The notes under the pieces: model-generated
Told to the model about the DNA's origin: nothing
The model's database searches: none
Seen by the model: the letters and a program-made list of their open reading frames with translations, nothing else
Part shown: positions 17,669 to 26,448 of the stretch, piece by piece
Layout of the letters: each line of letters opens with the position of its first letter
How positions within the stretch are numbered: position 1 is the stretch's first letter
Program-made: the position numbers and the translations under genes
Virus record (IMG/VR): IMGVR_UViG_3300049564_000015
Location: 1 to 42,789 of that record
DNA length: 42,789 nucleotides
Strand: one strand, 5' to 3'
From: a virus
Lineage: Duplodnaviria > Caudoviricetes

Positions 17669-18415
17669 ATGCCGATCGCCGGAATTTATGCCATCCGTCA
17701 TACGATTAGCGGTCGGGTTTATGTGGGCTCGTCCAAAAGCATAATCAGGCGCTGGCATAGCCACCGCCATCAGCTTCGGGGCGGCAGACACCACGCCCCA
17801 CTGCTGCAATCGGCATGGAACAAACATGGTGAGGCGGCTTTCTCATTTGAGATATTAGAGACCGTCCAGCAGATCGCAGACATGATGCTGCGCGAACAAC
17901 ACTGGATCGACAGGCTAAACGCCTATGGCCACGGTCGAGGATATAACGCTTATCCAACTGCTGGTAGCCCGTCTGGCACGAAGGGCAAATCTAAGTCACC
18001 CGAACATGCCGCAAAGCTGCGAGCCATTTTAACGCTCAGGAACAAGACTCCGGAGAGTCGTGCCAGGACGGCGGAGCGCAATAAGTCTCCTGAGTATGCC
18101 GAAAGGTCGGCCTCTTTTTTAACGGCGAGAAACAGGACGCAAGCGGCGCGCATAGCAACAGGGATACGTAACGGATCTCCGGACGTACGAGCCAAAACCG
18201 CTGCGGTGCTGAATGAGCGTAATAGGTCACCCGAGTTTCGCGCATACGTGAGTGCTGCCGCAACAAAACGACACGCGCTCCGACGAGCGGCCAATCTGCC
18301 GCCCAGAAGGATGTCTCCCGAACAGCGGAAGAACATTGCCGTAGCAGTGACGGCGGCTTGGGCCAGAAAGAAGGCGCAAGCGGCACAAGCCCAAGGGACG
18401 AGTCCCAGCCGATAG
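17669..18415 (+). CDS. GIY-YIG homing endonuclease with repeated basic C-terminal motifs
   Basis: GIYAI...VYVGSS..IIRRW..H, REQHWID, GYN; repeated RN(K/R)(S/T)PE units. Confidence 0.9.
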   Translation: MPIAGIYAIRHTISGRVYVGSSKSIIRRWHSHRHQLRGGRHHAPLLQSAWNKHGEAAFSFEILETVQQIADMMLREQHWIDRLNAYGHGRGYNAYPTAGSPSGTKGKSKSPEHAAKLRAILTLRNKTPESRARTAERNKSPEYAERSASFLTARNRTQAARIATGIRNGSPDVRAKTAAVLNERNRSPEFRAYVSAAATKRHALRRAANLPPRRMSPEQRKNIAVAVTAAWARKKAQAAQAQGTSPSR

Positions 18416-18419
18416 CCGT

Positions 18420-19313
18420 TCATGACGCCACCCAGATGCCGGCCTGCTTGCGCATGGCGGCGAGGTGGGCACCGGCAAGGTGGCAGGCCTTGGGACGCTC
18501 AGGCTTGGCCACAGCCTTGCGTTGCTCGTCCAGGTTGCGGCGTTTCTCCGGACGCTCGAACGCTGCGCCGGACGGCGGAAGCGCATCGAGGATTTCCTTG
18601 AGAGCGTCCCGGGAAAGTCCAGCCTCGTCCGGCGGAGGATTTTGCTCCGGATTGGGCGTTTTCCCCTCGCGCGCGGCTTCCTTACCTAAAGAAAGATATA
18701 AATCTTCTCTTTGTAGAGGTAGCGGTACGCTGGCAAAACTGGTGGCAAAATCCTGGCAATTGCCAGAAATCGGTGGCAAAGGCTCTGGCAAATCAGGTGG
18801 CAAACTTCTGGCATTTGCCAGGTTATCCACAGGCAACGGCGGTGGCAAATTGGTGGCAATTGCCAGACTCGGGCTGTCACCTGGCTGCGGGATGATGTGG
18901 CGCTTCACCACCTCGGGTTGTGGCGCTGGCTGCGCCTTGGGTGTCGGAGGTGCGCCGCCCCCGTTGTTCGTGTGCGCACGATGCTTGGCCTCGGCGCCTC
19001 GCTTGCCGGCATCGCGGCGCTTGTCGCTGATGTCCGTCCAGCGGCGCCGCTCCCAGTCCATGCGCTTCTGGTGCAGGCGGCCGTCACCGTTGGAGGTGAA
19101 GAACCCGCACAGCTTGACCCACACGCCTTTCCACGTCTTTTCGTCCAGCTTGACGATCGCTGCCAGCTCGTCCTGATCGTCGGGCAGCGGGCCGGTGCGC
19201 CAGTAGTGCATCAGCAGCAGCACATAGGCTCCATGCTGCAGCGTGGTCAGGTGCATGGTGTCACCCAGGTAGTCGGCCACATACAGCGGCATCCACTTGT
19301 CGTTGCTGCTCAT
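18420..19313 (-). CDS. Replication initiator, DUF1376/YdaU family
   Basis: WMPLYVADYLGDTMHLTTLQHGAYVLLLMHYW...GPLPDD; contains an iteron array. Confidence 0.85.
   Translation of the reverse strand: MSSNDKWMPLYVADYLGDTMHLTTLQHGAYVLLLMHYWRTGPLPDDQDELAAIVKLDEKTWKGVWVKLCGFFTSNGDGRLHQKRMDWERRRWTDISDKRRDAGKRGAEAKHRAHTNNGGGAPPTPKAQPAPQPEVVKRHIIPQPGDSPSLAIATNLPPPLPVDNLANARSLPPDLPEPLPPISGNCQDFATSFASVPLPLQREDLYLSLGKEAAREGKTPNPEQNPPPDEAGLSRDALKEILDALPPSGAAFERPEKRRNLDEQRKAVAKPERPKACHLAGAHLAAMRKQAGIWVAS
18681..18868. repeat. Putative replication origin: TGGCAA iterons, DnaA box and AT-rich flank
   Basis: About ten TGGCA(A) units at 18731-18866, including two TGGCAATTGCCA palindromes; TTATCCACA at 18823-18831; AT-rich 18681-18716. 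Confidence 0.8.
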
Positions 19314-19585
19314 GCCACGTCTCCCCGCAGGCCATGCACGGTCGCGGCGAAACCCGCATCGGCCGCCATGAGGGCGTCCACCCGCCTCACCGCCTGCATC
19401 ACCGTCGTATGATCGCGGTTGCCAAATGCCCGCCCGATAGCCGGGAAACTGGCGGGCGTAGCCTGTTTAGCCAGCCACATCGCCACCTGGCGCGGCCTGG
19501 CCTGCGCCATCCGTGCCGACGTGAGTTCAAGCACCGTCGTACCCATACGGGACGCGACCAGCCTCTGGATGTCATGGATCGTCAT
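19310..19585 (-). CDS. Stand-alone DnaA C-terminal (domain IV) HTH protein
   Basis: ARPRQVAMWLAKQAT..SFPAIGRAFGNRDHTTVMQAVRRV; GAGGTG RBS before ATG 19585. Confidence 0.88.
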   Translation of the reverse strand: MTIHDIQRLVASRMGTTVLELTSARMAQARPRQVAMWLAKQATPASFPAIGRAFGNRDHTTVMQAVRRVDALMAADAGFAATVHGLRGDVA

Positions 19586-19758
19586 AGACACACCTCTTGC
19601 GTTACAGGCAGAGGCGTGCGATTTGAGCGTTGCACTCTTGCTCAGTTCGCGGCCGCCCCGGCCGTTGGTTACAGCTACAGCGCCGCTTCGATGTTTCCAG
19701 CATCGGGCGGCGTCGTCGTTTGTACGGACATTTCGAGAGTCGTGCAAAGGGCAAGCGT

Positions 19759-20160
19759 TCATGCCGCCACCCTGGCCCGCAGATGCACCGCGGCCTCGAG
19801 CAGCGACGCCTCGACCTCGGCCACGCTGCGGCACAGACACACTGCCGCCCCGGCATAGATCAGCCGCCGCTGCATCTCCCGCTGCGCCGCGGACACGACG
19901 CCGTGTTTCGTTTTCAATTCAATAAGGATCGGCCGTCCCGCTGCGACGACGCATAGATCCGGGACGCCGGCCCGGACGCCGAGACCCTTCATCCGTGCCG
20001 CCTCGCGAGCATGCCGCTTGCCACCGTTGGGGATAGCGAATGCCACCGCGTCGGCCGGCAGCGCCACGTCGAGGAACCGCATCACGGCCCGCTGCAGGTC
20101 GTCCTCCTCATGCCGGCGCACCAGCGGCGACGCCGCCGGCAGCAGCGAGGCATCGTACAT
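19759..20160 (-). CDS. VRR-NUC domain nuclease
   Basis: EDDLQ, AIPNGG.R, GVRAGVPDL, IELKT, SAAQ. Confidence 0.85.
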   Translation of the reverse strand: MYDASLLPAASPLVRRHEEDDLQRAVMRFLDVALPADAVAFAIPNGGKRHAREAARMKGLGVRAGVPDLCVVAAGRPILIELKTKHGVVSAAQREMQRRLIYAGAAVCLCRSVAEVEASLLEAAVHLRARVAA

Positions 20161-20174
20161 GCCACCACCGACCC

Positions 20175-20582
20175 TCACGCCACGCGCTCCCGATGCCGCA
20201 CGAACACGCGGGCATAATGGGGATCGCAGAACGACCGCCCCAGCCGCACCGGTGCGCCGCAGTACAGCCAGGGCGGGCCCGAGCCTTCTAGCCATTTGCA
20301 TTCGCCGGCCGGCGGCGGCGGGGCCGGAGCAGGCACCACGACCACAGGCGCCACCACCGGCTTGCGCTTGCGCACCACCGGCGCCGGCCTGAGCTTCAGG
20401 ATCTGGCCCGTGCGGCAGCCGCCGCCATTGTTGTCGCCCTGCAGCCGGATGCCGAGGCGCCGGCATTTGCCGACGACCTGGTTCTTGGTGCAGTCGAGCC
20501 GCTGCGCGATCTCCGAGCCGGACATCCCCTGCGCCACGAGCCGCCGCAGCAGCGCCACGCGAGTGTCGGACCAGGGGCTCAC
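20175..20582 (-). CDS. gcrA: GcrA-family cell-cycle regulator homologue
   Basis: WSDTRVALLRRL..QGMSGSEIA..L..TKNQVVGK.RRL and CKW..G....YCG......SFC..H. Confidence 0.85.
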   Translation of the reverse strand: MSPWSDTRVALLRRLVAQGMSGSEIAQRLDCTKNQVVGKCRRLGIRLQGDNNGGGCRTGQILKLRPAPVVRKRKPVVAPVVVVPAPAPPPPAGECKWLEGSGPPWLYCGAPVRLGRSFCDPHYARVFVRHRERVA

Positions 20583-20950
20583 GGCCACGTTCCCTGTGGC
20601 CAGGACCGCAGCAGCGGTGACGTGGCACGCTCCGAGCGCGCTACCGCCAGCTCCCAGGCCAGCGCCTCGCGCGCCAGCCGGGCCTCCTCACGCATCCAAT
20701 CCGAAAACACCACGCTCTCGCGCTTCCGCCGGATGCCCTGGCGGCACATCTGCGCCGTGACCCCGGCGACGCTGCGCCCCAGCCGCTCGGCAATCTCCGC
20801 GCGCGTCAGGCCCTCCTGCCGCCAGGCGACGGCGCGCTTCACCTCTGGCACCGTCCAGGGGCGGGCGCCCCGTACGTTTTCGGACACACTGCGTTTTGAG
20901 TGAGCGACACCGTCGCGCGCCTGGGGCGCGGTGGCTGGTGCGCATGCCAT
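20579..20950 (-). CDS. HTH DNA-binding protein
   Basis: PWT.PEV...GLTRAEIAERLGRSVAGV. Confidence 0.65.
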   Translation of the reverse strand: MACAPATAPQARDGVAHSKRSVSENVRGARPWTVPEVKRAVAWRQEGLTRAEIAERLGRSVAGVTAQMCRQGIRRKRESVVFSDWMREEARLAREALAWELAVARSERATSPLLRSWPQGTWP

Positions 20951-20990
20951 CAGGGTGCGGCGAGTAGCGGTCGGTGGGGGTGGGCCGGCA

Positions 20991-21191
20991 TCAGCCGGTC
21001 CGGCCCGGAAACAGATCGGGCCGCAGCCGACGCTTGGGGATCTTGGTGAGCCGCGCCACTGCCGCGACATGCCGCGCCGGCACCCGCCGCCACTGGCTGA
21101 CCGCCGCGCGGGTTATCCCAATGGCCCTGGCGATCTCGGTGACCGCCAGCCGCTGACGAAACGCCTCCTCCAGGATCGGGTCACGTTCCAT
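20991..21191 (-). CDS. cro: Cro-like (YdaS-type) repressor
   Basis: EIARAIGITRAAVSQWRRVP...LRPDLF; divergent from CI. Confidence 0.85.
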   Translation of the reverse strand: MERDPILEEAFRQRLAVTEIARAIGITRAAVSQWRRVPARHVAAVARLTKIPKRRLRPDLFPGRTG

Positions 21192-21195
21192 GGAG

Positions 21196-21270
21196 CCTAC
21201 TTTACGTAAGGCATTCCCGGATTACAATACGGAGAATGCGTTGCTACGATCACCTTAACTCGTGTAAGCT
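21196..21270. promoter_or_regulatory. Divergent immunity promoters and operators
   Basis: Minus strand TTGTAA-17-TAAAGT (21227-21199); plus strand TTGCTA-18-TAAGCT (21241-21270); operator-like CCTAC-N5-GTAAG at 21196-21210 and CTTAA-N5-GTAAG at 21254-21268. Confidence 0.65.
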
Positions 21271-21297
21271 AGGACGGAGCTACTTCAGGTGTGTGGA

Positions 21298-21750
21298 ATG
21301 GAGGTTCGCGATCGACTGCGGAGGGCGCGCGTGGCGCGTGGGCTGCGGCAGCAGGATCTTGCCGATGCGCTAGGCGTGAGCGCGACCGCAGTGCTGATGT
21401 GGGAAAATCCGCGGTATCAGCGGAGCGTCCCCGTCAGGTTCCGGAAGAAGGTCAGCGAAATTCTGGACATAGACGAGGCGGACTTGGTTGACCAAGACAC
21501 CCCGGCGGCGGCTGAGATGCCCAAGCCGAAGTGCCCGCGACCCAGCCCCAAAGAGCATGGGCTCATAACGACGAACAAGCTCGAAACCCAGCTCCTGAAG
21601 CTGTTCCGGCTAATGCCAGAACCCATGAAGCTGGTGCAGTTGGCGCAGTTCGTCGAGTGTCTTAGCGGCAGCGACCCCGATTACAATGGCCGCAATGCGT
21701 TCAATCAGGAGAGGTTCCCCAGCGGCGGCGCGGCACACGAGTCGCGCTAG
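21298..21750 (+). CDS. CI-like XRE repressor without recognisable S24 peptidase domain
   Basis: RLRRARVARGLRQQDLADALGVSATAVLMWE. Confidence 0.85.
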   Translation: MEVRDRLRRARVARGLRQQDLADALGVSATAVLMWENPRYQRSVPVRFRKKVSEILDIDEADLVDQDTPAAAEMPKPKCPRPSPKEHGLITTNKLETQLLKLFRLMPEPMKLVQLAQFVECLSGSDPDYNGRNAFNQERFPSGGAAHESR

Positions 21751-21765
21751 TAGCTGAACATTTAA

Positions 21766-21785
21766 AGCCGGATCGCAATCCGGCT
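21766..21785 (+). terminator. Hairpin after repressor gene
   Basis: AGCCGGAT-cgca-ATCCGGCT; weak U-tract. Confidence 0.45.
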
Positions 21786-21786
21786 C

Positions 21787-21815
21787 TTGCAAGTCTAGCT
21801 TACGTGATGTAAGGT
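21787..21815 (+). promoter_or_regulatory. Early promoter with palindromic operator
   Basis: TTGCAA-17-TAAGGT overlapped by CTTAC-gtgat-GTAAG (21799-21813). Confidence 0.7.
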
Positions 21816-22163
21816 CACGGCTCGCATCGAGTGAGCCTTGGCCATGATGACCGTTCGGCACGTAGATGATCTCCACCCGCGGCTGGCATTGCCCACTGAC
21901 GGCGGCAACAACGGTATTCTACGCCCACCGTTACACGGTGCGGCAAGCGGTTTCAGCCGTGAATATCCCGTTAAAAACCGTGAGTTCACCGGCAGTGAAT
22001 ACGCCTCCGGGATAATATCAACAGCTAAAACCGGTAACCCGTTCACACTCCAACAAATCATGAACGGTACCCTACCGCACGCATTTGGCGGTCAAAGTTT
22101 CGGGCGCTTGTCACAAAATGCAACGCGCCGCGCGGCTTGCGATATCGCAAATTCGGCCGTGCC

Positions 22164-22355
22164 ATGAACCGCGCCCAGGATCTGCGCGACCTCCTGGCCG
22201 CCATCGAAGAATGGTCCCACGCCAGCGGCCCCGACCGCGATTACTGGCGCGGCATCGCGCTGTACCGCATCGCAGCATTCCGCAGTCGTTTCCTCAAACC
22301 GGAGCGGGCCGCCTTCGAGGCCGCTGTCGCTCGCAGCTACAGGAGAGCCGCATGA
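22164..22355 (+). CDS. Hypothetical protein
   Basis: ATG 22164; coupled to next gene. Confidence 0.6.
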   Translation: MNRAQDLRDLLAAIEEWSHASGPDRDYWRGIALYRIAAFRSRFLKPERAAFEAAVARSYRRAA

Positions 22356-22612
22356 GCCACGAAGTCATCGCATCCGTCCGCATTCCGCTGCCGGACGCCC
22401 CCGGCGACATGGCAACGCGGCTGGGCGAGGTCGCCTCGGCATGGGGTGAGTTCCTGGCGGGCATCGAGCAAGGCACCGACATCGAGGTCTCGTTCGTGGT
22501 GAACCAGACACGCACGCGCCCAGCAGGCACCAGCAAACGTGGCCGCAAGCCGCGCCTCGCCGTTGGCGATGTAGCGCCAAGCGGCGTGATGGGATTGGAG
22601 ACCGCAGCATGA
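22352..22612 (+). CDS. Hypothetical protein
   Basis: AGGAG RBS, ATGA overlap. Confidence 0.65.
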   Translation: MSHEVIASVRIPLPDAPGDMATRLGEVASAWGEFLAGIEQGTDIEVSFVVNQTRTRPAGTSKRGRKPRLAVGDVAPSGVMGLETAA

Positions 22613-22842
22613 CCGACCCCTGTCGCATCGTCGCTGAACTCAGGGCCGCCGAGCTTGTAATAGCGCTTCAGGCGGCGATCGCCGGCGAACCGCATTGGCG
22701 TTCGCATGCCACCAGGCTGCTGCACTCGATCGCCGATCTGGAACTGCCGGAACAGGTCTCGGACGCCCTGCGCGCCGTGGATGAGCGCAAGCGCTGCGCC
22801 GAGGTGATGCACGACGTGATGTGGAGCGACTGCAGTGGCTGA
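22609..22842 (+). CDS. Hypothetical protein
   Basis: GGAG RBS, coupled ORF. Confidence 0.65.
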   Translation: MTDPCRIVAELRAAELVIALQAAIAGEPHWRSHATRLLHSIADLELPEQVSDALRAVDERKRCAEVMHDVMWSDCSG

Positions 22843-23308
22843 CATTTCCCCGTACAAGCTCGAACGCGCCATGGCTGCCGTCAGCCGCCTCAAGGCCGAG
22901 TTGGCCAGCCAGGACAGCGACATGATCCTGGCGTCGATTGAATCGGAAACGTCAGCCCTTGAACTCATGGACCTCGTGATCGAGGCCGTGGTCGCCGACG
23001 AGGCGTTGATCGAAAAGGCCGAGGCCAGGATGAGGCGCATCACGGCGCGAGCCAACCGGCACCGCCTGATCCTCAAAGCGATGATGGAGCAGATCGCGGA
23101 GCGCGTCGAAAGACCGCTCGCCACGCTGTCCGTCTCGCATCGCACCGAGGTGGTCGAGGTTCCGACCAACGAGGAACTGCCCTCGATGTTTTTTCGGACA
23201 ACCCCCGACAAGACCATGATCGCGAAGACGCTGCGCGGCGGCGGCAAGTTGCCCGGCTACGAGCTGCGGGAGAAGCCGGACCTAACCATGATTTTGCGGA
23301 GTGCCTGA
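22835..23308 (+). CDS. Gp157-family (Gam-like coiled-coil) protein
   Basis: Coiled coil, LATLSV, ELP..FFR..PDK..IAK.L.GG..LPG; next to ERF. Confidence 0.75.
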   Translation: MADISPYKLERAMAAVSRLKAELASQDSDMILASIESETSALELMDLVIEAVVADEALIEKAEARMRRITARANRHRLILKAMMEQIAERVERPLATLSVSHRTEVVEVPTNEELPSMFFRTTPDKTMIAKTLRGGGKLPGYELREKPDLTMILRSA

Positions 23309-24215
23309 GATGAACGAGATCGTCCCTGCCAACGGCGCCCTGATGTCGTTCATCGAGCGCGCCGCCAAAGACCCCGAGTTCGACGTGGGCAAGTTCGGCG
23401 AATTGCTGCGCCTGCAGCGCGATGTCGGCCACGACCAGTCGCGGCGTGCGTTCAATGGCGCGATGGCCATGGCGCAGTCCGAAATGCTGCCGGTCGTGCG
23501 CGACGCCAGGAACAGCCACCTGAACAACCGTTATGCCAAGCTGGAGACGATCGACGCGGCAATGCGGCCGATCTACACGCGGCACGGGTTCAGCGTGCGG
23601 TTCGGCTCTGCGCCTCCACCGGCCGAGGGCTTCATCCGCATCACCTGCACCGTGGCGCACGAGGGCGGCTACTTCGAGGAGAACTACCTCGATAGCCCGA
23701 TCACCACCACCGGCTCGCAGGGCGGTCGCATGGCCACGACGCCGGTGCAGGCGGTCGGTTCCACCGTCACCTATTTGCGCCGCTACCTGCTTGGCATGGT
23801 GTTCAACATCGTGCTGGCCGATGAGGACGACGACGGCGAGGGCTCGCGCCGCGTTGCTGCGACAGCCACACCGCGCGCACCCGTCAAGCGTGCCCCGGTA
23901 GACGCCGAGGATGCCTACCAGGCGCCGCCGCCGCACCCAGCCCGCCGCACGGCCGGGCAGTTGCTGGACGGCATCGAGATCGCGCTGCGTGACGCGACCA
24001 GCCGCGTCGAGGTCGATCGCATCCTCGATGTCGAGGAGGTGTTTAAGTTCCGCGAGCACTTTGCTGCTGACAGCCCGCCCATCCTCCGCCTGAACGCCCT
24101 GCGCGATGCTGCCCTGGCGCGCCATCCGCCCAGTAAGCCTCGCGAGGACGAGCCGACCGCCGAGGAACCCGACCCCGACCTCGAGATCGTCGGCGAGAAA
24201 TACGCCGCCGGCTAA
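23301..24215 (+). CDS. erf: ERF-family single-strand annealing protein
   Basis: AFN.AM..AQ, RYAKLE.I...RP....HG, H.GG, GSTVTYLRRY...F.I....DDDG. Confidence 0.88.
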   Translation: MPEMNEIVPANGALMSFIERAAKDPEFDVGKFGELLRLQRDVGHDQSRRAFNGAMAMAQSEMLPVVRDARNSHLNNRYAKLETIDAAMRPIYTRHGFSVRFGSAPPPAEGFIRITCTVAHEGGYFEENYLDSPITTTGSQGGRMATTPVQAVGSTVTYLRRYLLGMVFNIVLADEDDDGEGSRRVAATATPRAPVKRAPVDAEDAYQAPPPHPARRTAGQLLDGIEIALRDATSRVEVDRILDVEEVFKFREHFAADSPPILRLNALRDAALARHPPSKPREDEPTAEEPDPDLEIVGEKYAAG

Positions 24216-24242
24216 CACATTTTTGTTATAGCGGAGCGGGAG

Positions 24243-24677
24243 ATGACGATGACCGATGAACGCGAGACATCAAGAGTGCGCTTCGTAGCCCGGGCGGAGT
24301 TCGGCAAACGCCTTCGCAAGCTAATGTCCGACAAGGGGATATCGCCGGCTGATCTGGCGGCCGCCTGTTGGGGCGAGCACGCCAACCAATCTGCCGCCGG
24401 AATGGCTGCAATAGATTTTTATTGCAGTGGGAAAGTGGTCCCTAGCAGTTCAATGCTGACGCAGTTTGCGAGCATCCTCGGCGTGCCGGAGACCGAACTG
24501 ATGCCACAGATAGCGGGGAAGTTCGGCGGCGACCATTCGGACGTGGTTCTAACCGTTGTCGCCGGACAATCCGATCGAGTGCATATCAGTTGGAATGCGG
24601 CGGTCTCACTGGACACCGCGATGCAGATGCTCACGATCTTCCAAGGCGACGTTCGCAAGGGTTTTACAGATCCATAA
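24243..24677 (+). CDS. XRE-family HTH regulator
   Basis: FGKRLRKLMSDKGISPADLA...YCSGKVVP...ASILGV...ELMP. Confidence 0.8.
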   Translation: MTMTDERETSRVRFVARAEFGKRLRKLMSDKGISPADLAAACWGEHANQSAAGMAAIDFYCSGKVVPSSSMLTQFASILGVPETELMPQIAGKFGGDHSDVVLTVVAGQSDRVHISWNAAVSLDTAMQMLTIFQGDVRKGFTDP

Positions 24678-24692
24678 AGGAGGACGATCCCG

Positions 24693-24884
24693 ATGCCCGA
24701 TGAAATCGAATACGACTGCGCCGACTGCGGCCAGCACGTCGTTGCATGGGGTTTCTATGGCACTGCCGCGCCGGGCAAGCGATGCGCCCACTGCAAGTGG
24801 ATACGCGACCACGTGGCACCAGAGCATCAGGCAGCGATGCGCGAGAGGCTAGGCGTCCCGCTCGCAGGAGCGACCGATGACTGA
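24693..24884 (+). CDS. Small CxxC...CxxC zinc-finger protein
   Basis: CADCG...CAHC; GAGG RBS. Confidence 0.7.
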   Translation: MPDEIEYDCADCGQHVVAWGFYGTAAPGKRCAHCKWIRDHVAPEHQAAMRERLGVPLAGATDD

Positions 24885-24958
24885 GACGCGGCATAGTATA
24901 AGCCGTTGATATAACAGGTGCACGTTACGCGGCGAACTCTACTGGAAGCAGGAGCTAG

Positions 24959-25151
24959 CGATGGCTGAGACGCCCACACCGGAGCAGATCGAGCGACTTG
25001 AAGGCGAGATCGCAATGCTGCGGGTCAAACTCCAGTTCATGCGAGACGGGATATTAATGCTGTGCGCCTTCGCCCCGCCGGACGTTGCCGCCAGGGTTAA
25101 GGCAGAACTGGCGACCGATGGCTGAGACGCCCACACCGGAGCAGATCGAGC
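24959..25151 (+). repeat. 36-bp direct repeat at two gene starts
   Basis: CGATGGCTGAGACGCCCACACCGGAGCAGATCGAGC at 24959-24994 and 25116-25151. Confidence 0.95.
24961..25125 (+). CDS. Hypothetical protein, 54 aa
   Basis: AGGAG RBS; MAETPTPEQIERLEGEIAMLRVKL. Confidence 0.6.
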   Translation: MAETPTPEQIERLEGEIAMLRVKLQFMRDGILMLCAFAPPDVAARVKAELATDG

Positions 25152-25240
25152 TAGCGCGGCTGATAGAGGGTGGCCAGTGACCGAGTGGTGGTACGCAGAG
25201 CAGCTTGCCTGGCTGAACTGGTGGCACGAAGAGGTGGCCG

Positions 25241-25471
25241 ATGCGACTGATGCGATTTGCGATTGGCCGATGGCTGGTCCACTGCGGCCTGCGAGTGATG
25301 CCGCCTGGACCTGCCCGAGCGGAACTGACCGACATATTCTGGCAGTGGCGCACGCACGTCACCGTGCAGGTCCGAGCCGGCGCGCGGGCTGCGGAGCACG
25401 CCAGGGCCGTGCAGATCGCGAGGCGTTGGCGCGACCGAGCCGCTGATTACAGATCGACAAAGGACACGTAA
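25241..25471 (+). CDS. Hypothetical protein
   Basis: GAGGTG RBS before ATG; competes with overlapping ORF 25177-25446. Confidence 0.5.
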   Translation: MRLMRFAIGRWLVHCGLRVMPPGPARAELTDIFWQWRTHVTVQVRAGARAAEHARAVQIARRWRDRAADYRSTKDT

Positions 25472-25501
25472 ACGGAGGTTTCAAAACGTGGATGACTTCG
25501 T

Positions 25502-25798
25502 ATGAGCACTAACAAATGGCCGGATGGCACGCCGCGATTGCCCGCAACATCGTGCCCTCACTGCGGCTATCGGATGAACGCCGCCGCGCTCGCGTCGGGC
25601 GACCAGAACATCGCCCCGAACGAGGGCGACCTGTCAGTGTGCTTTGGTTGTGGCGAGGTGCTGACCTTCGACGCACGGCTGCGGCTACAGCGCATCTCCC
25701 CGGCAGTGCTGGCGAAGTTCCACCCCGAGGAAGCGGCGCAACTACGGCAGACGCAGAGCCGCGTCCGCGCGTTCCTGGCAGCCAAACCCGTTGCGTAA
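25502..25798 (+). CDS. Zinc-ribbon hypothetical protein
   Basis: CPHCG...P.EGDLSVCFGCG. Confidence 0.75.
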   Translation: MSTNKWPDGTPRLPATSCPHCGYRMNAAALASGDQNIAPNEGDLSVCFGCGEVLTFDARLRLQRISPAVLAKFHPEEAAQLRQTQSRVRAFLAAKPVA

Positions 25799-25848
25799 CC
25801 CAATCGCATAGCGTGTATCAGCAAACCGACGTTTGATGGAGTGGCCGA

Positions 25849-26097
25849 GTGACAACATACCGGATCAGGTACGCCGCCACGGTGGAGCGCGAAGTCGAAG
25901 TGCCGAACGATCTTAACTGGTCGGAAGCCTACCGCTTCGTGCGTGACCAGCTTGGATGGGATGCGTTGGCGCACTCGGCTGCGGCCCGGCTCACGATCGA
26001 CATCGACCGGGTCGTGGATTTCAACCGCCCGGAATACATCAAGTCGCTTCGCGAGCATCCGTTCGGGGCCGGCGATACAGACCGCCATTTCCAATAG
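25849..26097 (+). CDS. Hypothetical protein
   Basis: GGAG RBS, GTG start, bounded by AAACCGACGTTTG repeats. Confidence 0.6.
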   Translation: MTTYRIRYAATVEREVEVPNDLNWSEAYRFVRDQLGWDALAHSAAARLTIDIDRVVDFNRPEYIKSLREHPFGAGDTDRHFQ

Positions 26098-26116
26098 CTG
26101 AAACCGACGTTTGGAG

Positions 26117-26398
26117 ATGATCCCAATGCCACAAAATCTGCGCCTCGCGATGCGCGTCGAAGGCGACTGGTGGGTGGCCTACGCGGCGCCGATGACCACG
26201 ATGGACGGCGCGGTGCGCGTGGGCTCGATCGGCATGGGCGCAGTGAAAGGCGGCAAAGGCAGCGCCCGGCGCAAGCAGGCTTTCATGGACCTGATGAAAG
26301 ACGTGTTGACCGAGTTCCTGACCGACGCCGGAGCCGCGCCGACGCATTGGGATGATCCAGTGACAGCGCCAGAGCGCGAGCGAGCCGGACGCGGATAA
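26117..26398 (+). CDS. Hypothetical protein
   Basis: RLAMRVEGDWWVAYAA; GGAG RBS; exact start uncertain. Confidence 0.7.
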   Translation: MIPMPQNLRLAMRVEGDWWVAYAAPMTTMDGAVRVGSIGMGAVKGGKGSARRKQAFMDLMKDVLTEFLTDAGAAPTHWDDPVTAPERERAGRG

Positions 26399-26448
26399 CG
26401 TCCGAAAACGAACCGGCTTCCGGGATTACAGACGCATAGAGGTGGCCA

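Noticed and set aside
17622-18419. Target-site duplication around the GIY-YIG cassette
   Set aside because: Only ATGA is shared at the two ends; too short to be significant
25801-25828. dif-like site for Xer-mediated integration (CAATCGCATAG-cgtgta-TCAGCAAACCG)
   Set aside because: Left arm resembles a XerC arm but the right arm lacks the TTATG XerD core; unsupported without the host dif sequence
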